Below are positions 36,642 to 44,102 of a stretch of DNA of 64,000 bases, in pieces. Source of the stretch: Gaiellaceae bacterium (GTDB lineage Bacteria; Actinomycetota; Thermoleophilia; Gaiellales; Gaiellaceae). A program made the position numbers and the translations under genes. The stretch lies in NCBI GenBank assembly GCA_038910715.1, contig JBCKBY010000001.1, forward strand, positions 13,009-77,008, written 5' to 3'. Numbering within the stretch: position 1 is the stretch's first letter; each line of letters opens with the position of its first letter. The notes under the pieces were generated by a model. The model searched no databases. It was not told the DNA's origin and worked only from the letters and a program-made list of their open reading frames with translations.

Positions 36642-37711
36642 CCCCTCGCACGACGCGCATCGTCGGCTTTGTCGCGTTCGCGGCGTTCGTCGTCTTCGTC
36701 GCAGTGCTGCCGACGTTCATCGGCGACTTCAAAGCTCGCGAATACAGCTACGTCGGGATCTATCTGATTGCACTCCTCGGCCTGAACATCCTCACGGGCT
36801 ACACGGGGCAGATCTCGCTCGGGCACGGCGCATTCATGGCGATAGGCGGCTATACGACGGCGATCTTGATGGCCGGCAACGAGCAGTTTGGGGGGCCGAT
36901 CCCGAGTGGGATGAAGGACGTATGGACGCTGCCCATCGCCGGCCTCGTGGCCGGCCTCGTGGGCTTGGCCTTCGGGATTCCTGCTCTGCGGCTCTCCGGT
37001 CTCTACCTCGCGCTGGCGACCTTCGCGATCGCCGTGGCCATGCCCTCCACTGCCAAGCGCTTCGAGGAGTTCACGGGCGGGGGCTCGGGCATCCAGCTCT
37101 TCGGGACACCGGAGCTCACGGGGTCGATCTCGAACGTCGAGATCTTCGGCCTGTCATTCAGCCCGAACGACTGGATGTACTACCTCGCCTGGTCGATCGC
37201 GCTCGTCGCGTTCGCAGTTGCCTGGCTCATCCTCCGCGGGCGGACGGGGCGTGCGTTCCGCGCGGTGCGAGACAGCGAGACCGCGGCAGTGTCCTCGGGC
37301 GTCAGCCTCGCCCGCTACAAGACGCTCGCATTCGGGATCAGTGCTGCCTACGCGGGCGTCGCGGGCGGACTGTTTGCCATCGCGAGCGCGTTCGTCAACC
37401 CTGACGCGTTTCCCGTCGCACTCTCGATCTACCTGCTCGTCGGCATCGTCGTCGGCGGCCTCGGCGGCCTCTCCGGGCTCGTCTTCGGCGCGATCTTCAT
37501 CGCGTTCCTGCCGCTCTGGGCGCAAGGACAGGACCTGGGCTCGCTTCTGCCAGACCGGATCATTCAGGAGACGCAGAAGCCGGGCGGCCCGGCGATGGTG
37601 TACGGCATCGTCCTGATCCTGCTCATGTTCGTCATCCCGAACGGCGTCGGTGGCCTGTTCCGCCGAATCGGGCAGCTGATCTCGAGTCGCCGCTACTCTC
37701 GTGCGAAGTAG
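36638..37711 (+). CDS. livM: Branched-chain amino-acid ABC transporter permease (LivM-like)
   Basis: ATG 36638 overlaps the livH stop. LNILTGYTGQISLGHGAFMAIGGY is typical of LivM. Confidence 0.85.
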   Translation: MTPRTTRIVGFVAFAAFVVFVAVLPTFIGDFKAREYSYVGIYLIALLGLNILTGYTGQISLGHGAFMAIGGYTTAILMAGNEQFGGPIPSGMKDVWTLPIAGLVAGLVGLAFGIPALRLSGLYLALATFAIAVAMPSTAKRFEEFTGGGSGIQLFGTPELTGSISNVEIFGLSFSPNDWMYYLAWSIALVAFAVAWLILRGRTGRAFRAVRDSETAAVSSGVSLARYKTLAFGISAAYAGVAGGLFAIASAFVNPDAFPVALSIYLLVGIVVGGLGGLSGLVFGAIFIAFLPLWAQGQDLGSLLPDRIIQETQKPGGPAMVYGIVLILLMFVIPNGVGGLFRRIGQLISSRRYSRAK

Positions 37712-37736
37712 TGCACCCGCGAAGGAGGCGCCGACG

Positions 37737-38960
37737 ATGAGACGACGGTCCGCACTGATAGCCGCCCTGGCGACAGCGCTCTGCGCGATGCCCGTCGCGC
37801 TCGCAGGCTCGGGGGCCGATCCAGGGGTCAGTCCCACGACGATCCTCATCGGCGGGACGTCTCCGCTCACCGGCCCGGCCGCCTCGTACGCGACCGTGGC
37901 GCGCGGTGCCCAGGCGTACTTCGATTCGATCAACGCGAAGGGAGGCGTGGCGAAGCGGACGATCGAGTACCGCATCGTCGACGACGCCTACAACCCGGCG
38001 CAGACGGTGCAAGCGATCCGCCGGCTCGTCGAGCAGGACAACGTGTTCGCCGTCTTCAACACGCTCGGAACCGAGGCCAATCTCGCGATCCGCGACTACC
38101 TGAACCAGGTGAAGGTTCCCCAGCTCTTCGTGGCGTCCGGGGCGACGACGTGGGGGCGTGACGCGGCGCAGTACCCATGGACGATCGGGTTCCAGCCGAG
38201 CTATGCGGCCGAGGGCTTCGTCTACGGCCAGTACATCGCGAAGACGCAGAAGAAGGCGAAAGTCGGTGTCCTCTTCCAGAACGACGACTACGGGAAGGAC
38301 TTGCTGGCGAGCCTGAAAAGTGGGCTCGCACGCTCCGGCTCGAAGGTGGTCGCCGCCGAGCCCTACCAGGTGACCTCGCCGGACGTGGGCTCGCAGATCG
38401 GCAAGCTCAAGGCCTCGGGTGCGAACGTCCTGGCGATCTTCGCAACGCCGACCTTTGCGATCCAGGCGTTCGTCTTCGCCAACAGGCTGGGGTGGCGCCC
38501 GCTCGTCATCAACAACGCCGTCTCGGCTACCTCGAACACCATGTCGCTGGCATCCGAAGGCGGGAAGAACAAGTCGATCGAGGGAACGATCTCGACGACG
38601 CCGCTCAAGGATCCGCTCGATCCGCGGTGGAAGAACGATCCCGGAATGAAGCAGTACCGCGCGATCCTTGCGAAGTACGCGAAAGGCGCGAACCCGAACG
38701 ACGCAAACCACCTCTACGGCATGGCGGTCGCACACGAGACCGTGGCGCTGCTCAAGCGACTCGGTGCGAGTCCGACCCGCGTAGGCCTGATGGCGAAGGC
38801 GCGCTCGATCACGGGCGCCGGAAACCCGTTCCTGCTGCCCGGGATCTCCGTGAAGACCGGGAAGGGCGACAACTTCCCGCTTCAGCAGGGGCAGCTCCAG
38901 CGCTGGACGAAGGGCCGCTGGGTGCCGTTCGGCGGGCTCTGGGTCTCGAAGCGCAACTGA
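37737..38960 (+). CDS. Amino-acid ABC transporter substrate-binding protein (LivJ family)
   Basis: ATG 37737 preceded by gaaggagg, followed by a signal peptide. ILIGGTSPLTGPAASYA and FQNDDYGKDL are present. Paralogue of 21954-23204. Confidence 0.85.
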   Translation: MRRRSALIAALATALCAMPVALAGSGADPGVSPTTILIGGTSPLTGPAASYATVARGAQAYFDSINAKGGVAKRTIEYRIVDDAYNPAQTVQAIRRLVEQDNVFAVFNTLGTEANLAIRDYLNQVKVPQLFVASGATTWGRDAAQYPWTIGFQPSYAAEGFVYGQYIAKTQKKAKVGVLFQNDDYGKDLLASLKSGLARSGSKVVAAEPYQVTSPDVGSQIGKLKASGANVLAIFATPTFAIQAFVFANRLGWRPLVINNAVSATSNTMSLASEGGKNKSIEGTISTTPLKDPLDPRWKNDPGMKQYRAILAKYAKGANPNDANHLYGMAVAHETVALLKRLGASPTRVGLMAKARSITGAGNPFLLPGISVKTGKGDNFPLQQGQLQRWTKGRWVPFGGLWVSKRN

Positions 38961-38968
38961 ACCGAGTC

Positions 38969-41332
38969 GTGTCGCCGGACACTCGCGAGCTACTCGCCGC
39001 CCCGCTCGAAGAGCTGCTCACGGAGGCGCGTCGGCTGCGCACCGGGCCGCTCGTCACGTACTCGCCCAAAGTCTTCATCCCCCTCACGACTCTCTGTCGC
39101 GACGTCTGCGGCTACTGCACGTTCGCCCGGCCGCCACGTCGCGGCGAGCGCGCGTACATGACCGAGGACGAGGTGGTCGCGATCGCCCGCGCGGGCGCGG
39201 CTGCGGGCTGCCACGAGGCCCTCTTCACGCTCGGAGACAAGCCCGAGCTTCGCTACAAGGTCGCCCGCGATGAGCTCCGCGCGCTCGGCTGCGAGACTAC
39301 GATCGAGTACCTCGCGCGCTGCGCACGGGTCGTGCTCGAGGAGACGGGGCTCCTGCCGCACCTCAACCCTGGGGTCATGAGCCGCGCCGAGCTCGAGGCG
39401 CTGCGGCCCGTCTCGGCGTCGATGGGAATCATGCTCGAGACGACTGCGGAGCGGCTCGGCGAGCGGGGAGGACCGCATTGGGCCTCGCCCGACAAAGTGC
39501 CGTCGCGCCGGCTGGAAACGATTCGCATGGCCGGAGAGCTCGCGATCCCGTTCACGAGCGGCATCCTGATCGGGATCGGGGAGACGCGGGAGGAGCGGAT
39601 CGACGCGCTGCTTGCGTTGAAGGCCCTCGGCGAGGAGCACGGGCACGTCCAGGAGATCATCGTCCAGAACTTCCGCGCAAAGCCGGGAACGCGAATGGCC
39701 TCGCATCCCGAGCCATCGCTCGACGACCACCTCTGGACGATCGCTGCGGCGCGCATTCTGCTCGGGCCCTCGTGGCACGTGCAGGCGCCTCCCAACCTCG
39801 CGTTCGACGACTTCCCTCGTCTCCTCGATGCGGGAATCGACGACTGGGGCGGCGTCTCGCCGGTGACTATCGACCACGTCAACCCCGAAGCTCCGTGGCC
39901 CGAGCTCGACCGGCTTACAGAAGCGACGCGTAGCCGCGGCTTCGAGCTTGCGCCCCGTCTCGCTGTCTACCCCGAGTATGTCGCGGATCTGGACCGCTGG
40001 TGCGATTCGGCTGTCGCGCCCCTCGTTCGGCGCGCCTCGGACGCGAGCGGGCTCGCGCGCGACGACGCATGGGCTCCGGGCGAGCCGGGCTCCATGCCGT
40101 TCATCGTTCACCCTGACGCCCTCCCGTTCGAGCTGACCGGGGCCGAGCTGGGCGAGGATGAGATCACGCGCCTACTCGAAGCGCGGGGGGAGGAGCTAGG
40201 GCGGGTCCTCGCAGCCGCGAACGACCTTCGTCGCGAGGTCTGCGGCGACGAAGTCACCTACGTCGTCACGCGGAACATCCAGTACACAAACGTGTGTTAC
40301 TTCCGCTGCGGCTTTTGTGCGTTCTCGAAGGGGAAGCTCGCGGCGAATCTACGGGGCGCGCCATACCTCGTCCCACTCGACGAGATCGTGCGGCGGACCG
40401 AGGAGGCGTGGGAGCGAGGTGCGACGGAGGTCTGCCTCCAGGGCGGGATCCACCCGGCCTTCACGGGCGAGTACTACGCCGAGGTGGTGCAGGTGATCAA
40501 GGAGGCCGTGCCCGAAATCCACGTGCATGCGTTCTCAGCGCTCGAGGTCTGGCAGGGTGCAGCGACGCTCGATCTACCGCTCGAGGAGTACCTCACGCGC
40601 CTCCGTGACCTCGGCCTCGGCTCGCTTCCCGGCACGGCGGCCGAGGTGCTCGACGACGAGGTGCGCCGGATCATCTGCCCGGACAAAGTCACGACCGCCC
40701 AGTGGCTGGCAGTGCACGAAGCCGCGCATCGGGTCGGACTCCGCTCCAACGTCACGCTCATGTTCGGCCACGCCGACACGCCGCGAAGTTGGGCGCGTCA
40801 CCTCTTGCGAGCGCGAGAGCAGCAGCGTCGGTCGGGTGGGTTCACCGAGTTCGTTCCGCTGCCGTTCGTCCCGATGGAGGCGCCGATCTACCTCCAGGGA
40901 CGGGCGCGCCGTGGGCCGACCTTTCGTGAGGCGCTTCTCGTTCACGCCGTGGGGCGACTCGCGCTGCATCCGGACATCACGAACATCCAGGCCTCGTGGG
41001 TGAAGCTGGGGCCTGAGGGAACCCGGCAGGTGCTTCAGGCGGGGGTCAACGATCTCGGCGGGACGCTCATGAACGAGTCGATCTCGCGGTCCGCGGGCGC
41101 CGCCTACGGGCAGGAGATGCCGCCGGAGCGCATGGAGGAACTCATTCGCTCGGCCGGCCGCATCCCGCGTCAGCGAACGACGCTCTACGGCGAGCCGCCG
41201 GGTGAGCGCGTGCGGGTCTCGTTCGACGCCGAGCCGCTTGCCGAGCCGCTCAACCCTCCGGTGAAAGATGCGGGCCTCGTCGCTCCGCCGCGTTTGGTTC
41301 GCCCGGGCTTGCTCGCAGGTGCTCGTTCCTAG
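38969..41332 (+). CDS. fbiC: Bifunctional FO synthase (fused CofG/CofH), F420 chromophore biosynthesis
   Basis: Two radical-SAM CxxxCxxC motifs (CRDVCGYCTF and CYFRCGFCAF) in CofG-like and CofH-like halves. GTG 38969 lies 9 nt after the binding-protein stop, and this start is uncertain. Confidence 0.85.
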   Translation: MSPDTRELLAAPLEELLTEARRLRTGPLVTYSPKVFIPLTTLCRDVCGYCTFARPPRRGERAYMTEDEVVAIARAGAAAGCHEALFTLGDKPELRYKVARDELRALGCETTIEYLARCARVVLEETGLLPHLNPGVMSRAELEALRPVSASMGIMLETTAERLGERGGPHWASPDKVPSRRLETIRMAGELAIPFTSGILIGIGETREERIDALLALKALGEEHGHVQEIIVQNFRAKPGTRMASHPEPSLDDHLWTIAAARILLGPSWHVQAPPNLAFDDFPRLLDAGIDDWGGVSPVTIDHVNPEAPWPELDRLTEATRSRGFELAPRLAVYPEYVADLDRWCDSAVAPLVRRASDASGLARDDAWAPGEPGSMPFIVHPDALPFELTGAELGEDEITRLLEARGEELGRVLAAANDLRREVCGDEVTYVVTRNIQYTNVCYFRCGFCAFSKGKLAANLRGAPYLVPLDEIVRRTEEAWERGATEVCLQGGIHPAFTGEYYAEVVQVIKEAVPEIHVHAFSALEVWQGAATLDLPLEEYLTRLRDLGLGSLPGTAAEVLDDEVRRIICPDKVTTAQWLAVHEAAHRVGLRSNVTLMFGHADTPRSWARHLLRAREQQRRSGGFTEFVPLPFVPMEAPIYLQGRARRGPTFREALLVHAVGRLALHPDITNIQASWVKLGPEGTRQVLQAGVNDLGGTLMNESISRSAGAAYGQEMPPERMEELIRSAGRIPRQRTTLYGEPPGERVRVSFDAEPLAEPLNPPVKDAGLVAPPRLVRPGLLAGARS

Positions 41333-41934
41333 GAGCGGCCCGCGAACGGAAGGCGGACGAGCACCTGCGGCAGGCCGCGGCGGCTGTGTCTCAGCGCATG
41401 CGTGAGTCCCGTTGCGGCAGCCGCGCCCCTAACTCCTTCGCCGTGGCTGACCAGCAGTCGGTCCGGCTCATACGAGGCGAGCACTTTCGGCGGCGTGAGC
41501 CGAAGGAGCAGATGGATGCCGACGGGTCCTTTGCCGCCGGTGTAGAACGCGTTCGTCCCGACCGCCTCGGCCACGACGAGAGTCCTCATCTCGGGCCACC
41601 AAAGCGCCGTCTCCGCCCAGCGCCTCATCCGCTTCACGGCAATACATTCGAAAGGGGTTCCGGGAACGTCGTCCGGTGCGACGAGGTGAGGCACTCCGAG
41701 ACGCTCGGCCAGCGTGGCGCAGTCGCGGTTGTGGCGGTCGAGAAGCTGCAGGACGCCTGCCGGCTCGCCGAGTGCGAGCGCGCGATCGATCGCGTCAGGC
41801 CAATCGATCGGATCGACGAGCCAAACCTTCCCGTCGGCTGCGAGCGCGTGCGACGTGCGCGTCATGGGCTCGTCGACGATCCACGAGAAGCCGTCGGAAC
41901 CGAAGTCGTCGCAGAAGCGGCATTCAGGCGTCAC
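41329..41934 (-). CDS. Hypothetical protein, possibly a degenerate MBL-fold
   Basis: 201-aa ORF with normal coding composition. Start overlaps the vapC stop (ATGA). Stop overlaps the fbiC stop convergently (CTAG). LLDRHNRDC sits where an MBL HxHxDH motif would be. Confidence 0.5.
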   Translation of the reverse strand: MTPECRFCDDFGSDGFSWIVDEPMTRTSHALAADGKVWLVDPIDWPDAIDRALALGEPAGVLQLLDRHNRDCATLAERLGVPHLVAPDDVPGTPFECIAVKRMRRWAETALWWPEMRTLVVAEAVGTNAFYTGGKGPVGIHLLLRLTPPKVLASYEPDRLLVSHGEGVRGAAAATGLTHALRHSRRGLPQVLVRLPFAGRS

Positions 41935-42317
41935 GGTGCGACCGCGAGGCCTGACTCTCGTGCCGCCCGGGCGAGCTCCTTGTCCCAGACGGCGAACACG
42001 AGCTCGGGCTCGCCGAGGGTCAACGCAGACGCGAGATGGATCGCATCGCCCGCGGCCAGTCGGTGCGATTCGGCCATGTCGCCGGCACGCTCAACGAGTA
42101 GTCCGCCGAAGTCGACCACGGTGGTCTCCGTCCAGATCCCTTCGAGGTCGAGACGAGATCTCGCAAGCCGTGCGTTCGGTAGGCGCCCGGCGCGACTAGC
42201 CTTGGAGAGCGCAGCTCTCGCCTCGACGTACCCGACGCTCGCAGAGAACAACTCGGTTGACGAATCGAAAAGCGAGGCGGCCGTGTCGGAACCGGGCTCG
42301 TCCAGCAGGAGCTTCAC
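41931..42317 (-). CDS. vapC: PIN-domain toxin VapC (coordinates use the first canonical GTG; the real start is probably CTG 42347)
   Basis: PIN-like sequence. The conserved N-terminal LYLDTSAL, containing the first catalytic Asp, lies in frame upstream of GTG 42317 and begins at a CTG overlapping the antitoxin stop. Confidence 0.75.
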   Translation of the reverse strand: MKLLLDEPGSDTAASLFDSSTELFSASVGYVEARAALSKASRAGRLPNARLARSRLDLEGIWTETTVVDFGGLLVERAGDMAESHRLAAGDAIHLASALTLGEPELVFAVWDKELARAARESGLAVAP

Positions 42318-42343
42318 GAGCGCTGAGGTGTCGAGGTAGAGCT

Positions 42344-42631
42344 TCAGCGGCCTGCGCGTCGCTGCTCGATGACAATCTCCGAGAGGGTGGGACCTGGGCC
42401 TTCTAGCGTCGGGAGGCTGGAGACGTCGATCCGGTGCCGCTTGGGTCTCAGCGGAGGTCTCACGATGCCGAGTTCGATGAGTTCTTCGAGTCTCGAGAGT
42501 GGCTCGGCAGAGGTGACGCGCGCAACGGGCTTGCCGCGGTCCGTGATGACGATCTGATCCCCGGCCTTCACGCGCTCGAGCCAGGAACGCAGGTTTTCGC
42601 GCAGTTCACGCACGCCGACCTTCACGACCAT
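42344..42631 (-). CDS. Type II antitoxin (Phd/YefM-like VapB)
   Basis: 95 aa starting MVVKVGVRELRENLRSWLERVKAGDQIVITDRGKPVARV. Lies immediately upstream of the PIN gene. Confidence 0.8.
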   Translation of the reverse strand: MVVKVGVRELRENLRSWLERVKAGDQIVITDRGKPVARVTSAEPLSRLEELIELGIVRPPLRPKRHRIDVSSLPTLEGPGPTLSEIVIEQRRAGR

Positions 42632-42687
42632 GATCGTAGTGTACGCCTCGCGTCGGCGAAAGTGTCCACAAAGGCCACGCCCCCCGC

Positions 42688-43941
42688 TCAGGCCTCGAAG
42701 GCGAGGAGATCGTCGAGCGTCTCGCGGCGGCGGATGACTCGTGCCTCGCCGCCGCCGACGAAAACAGCAGCCGGCCTGGGCGTGGCGTTGTAGTTGGAGC
42801 TCATCGCCAGCGTGTAGGCACCCGTCGCAGGAACTGCCAGGAGATCTCCCGCGCGCGGCGGTGGCAGCGAGACGTCGTCGATCAGCACGTCACCCGACTC
42901 GCAGTGCAGGCCCGCGATGCTGACGGTCTCGGTAGCCGGCTGGTCGGCACGGGTAGCGGACAGCGCCGTATAGCGAGCGCCGTACAGTTCCGGACGCGGG
43001 TTGTCGGACAGGCCTCCGTCGACCGCGACCCAGGTCACGCCGTCGAGCCGCTTCACGTTCAGCACGCGGTAGAGAGTGACTCCCGCCTGTCCGACCAGGG
43101 CGCGGCCGGGCTCGAGCATGAGTCGTGGCGCGGCGAGGTCGTGTTCGCCCCATGCGCGTGAGACGGCCTCGGCGACTTCGCCGGCGAGCCGGCCGAGCGC
43201 CGCTTCGCGCTCCTCCAGGACGTGGCGGATGCCGAATCCTCCGCCGACGTTCACAAGCTCGGGTGTCCATTCCAGCTCGTCACGACAGCGTGCGGCAAAG
43301 GCGGCGAGGAGGTCGATCGTCTCGAGGTGAGCCGAGGTGTCGGCGAGCTGCGAGCCGACGTGGATATGGAGGCCGGCGACCTCCAGATCGAGAGCGCGAG
43401 CGGCTTCGACCGTTCGCAGCGCGTGATCCGGCGGAAGACCGAACTTCGAGCCGTGGTGGCCCGTCTGGATCGCCTCGTGCGTGTCCGCCTCGACGCCGAG
43501 CGTGATGCGAACGAGCACGCGGCGGACGCCTGCGGCCGCGGCCCGCTCGGCCTCGTCGCCGTCGAGGACGACCGTCGCCCCGGCCTCTGCGGCTGCGCGG
43601 AGCTCCTCGTCTGCCTTCGCGTTCCCGTGCACGACGAGCTGCTCGCCCTCGATCCCGGCTGCGCGCGCGAGTGCGAGCTCGCCGAGCGTCGAGACGTCCG
43701 CACCGATGCCCTCGTCAGCAAAGAGCCTGAGGACAGCAACGTTCGGGAATGCCTTCGAGCCGTAGAAGACGAGCGCACCCGGAACCGCCGCGCGAATCTC
43801 GCGCGCACGTGCGCGCAGCGTCGTTTCGCAGTAGACGTAGAGCGGCGTCCCGAACTGGCTGGCGAGCTCCGACGAGCGCGCCCCCCCGAGCAGGAGCTCT
43901 CCACGGTCGATGCGGGCGGTGTCCGGGAAGAGCTCGAGCAT
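42688..43941 (-). CDS. lysA: Diaminopimelate decarboxylase
   Basis: 417-aa fold-III PLP decarboxylase (YGSKAF, HIHVGSQ, GGGFGI, CESGD). Confidence 0.9.
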   Translation of the reverse strand: MLELFPDTARIDRGELLLGGARSSELASQFGTPLYVYCETTLRARAREIRAAVPGALVFYGSKAFPNVAVLRLFADEGIGADVSTLGELALARAAGIEGEQLVVHGNAKADEELRAAAEAGATVVLDGDEAERAAAAGVRRVLVRITLGVEADTHEAIQTGHHGSKFGLPPDHALRTVEAARALDLEVAGLHIHVGSQLADTSAHLETIDLLAAFAARCRDELEWTPELVNVGGGFGIRHVLEEREAALGRLAGEVAEAVSRAWGEHDLAAPRLMLEPGRALVGQAGVTLYRVLNVKRLDGVTWVAVDGGLSDNPRPELYGARYTALSATRADQPATETVSIAGLHCESGDVLIDDVSLPPPRAGDLLAVPATGAYTLAMSSNYNATPRPAAVFVGGGEARVIRRRETLDDLLAFEA

Positions 43942-44036
43942 CCGGCGATTGTGCCTGTTACCCTTTTCGGCTCATGTGGCAGCTTCTTCCATAGGTCAGG
44001 GAATGGGCGCGGCGGAAGCCGCGAACGTTCTCATGG

Positions 44037-44064
44037 AGCCTCTCGCGCGAGAGGCTTTTTTGTT
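44037..44064 (+). terminator. Intrinsic-terminator-like hairpin plus T-tract in the leuS 5' leader
   Basis: agcctctcg-cg-cgagaggct followed by ttttttgtt, 27 nt upstream of the first leuS ATG. There is no plus-strand gene upstream that it could terminate. Confidence 0.55.
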
Positions 44065-44102
44065 CCCCCCACAGAAATGAACACAGCCGAATGAGACGAG
44101 CG

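Noticed and set aside
38177-38968. N-terminal extension of the fbiC ORF (track ORF 38177-41332)
   Set aside because: It overlaps the LivJ-like gene out of frame and has no FbiC homology. Homology starts near GTG 38969.
43942-44102. T-box riboswitch or lysine riboswitch in the lysA/leuS spacer
   Set aside because: The region is too short. It has no T-box consensus (no AANNNGGGTGGTACCGCG-like sequence) and no specifier-loop architecture. On the lysA strand the hairpin is preceded, not followed, by the A/T tract, and there are no L-box motifs.
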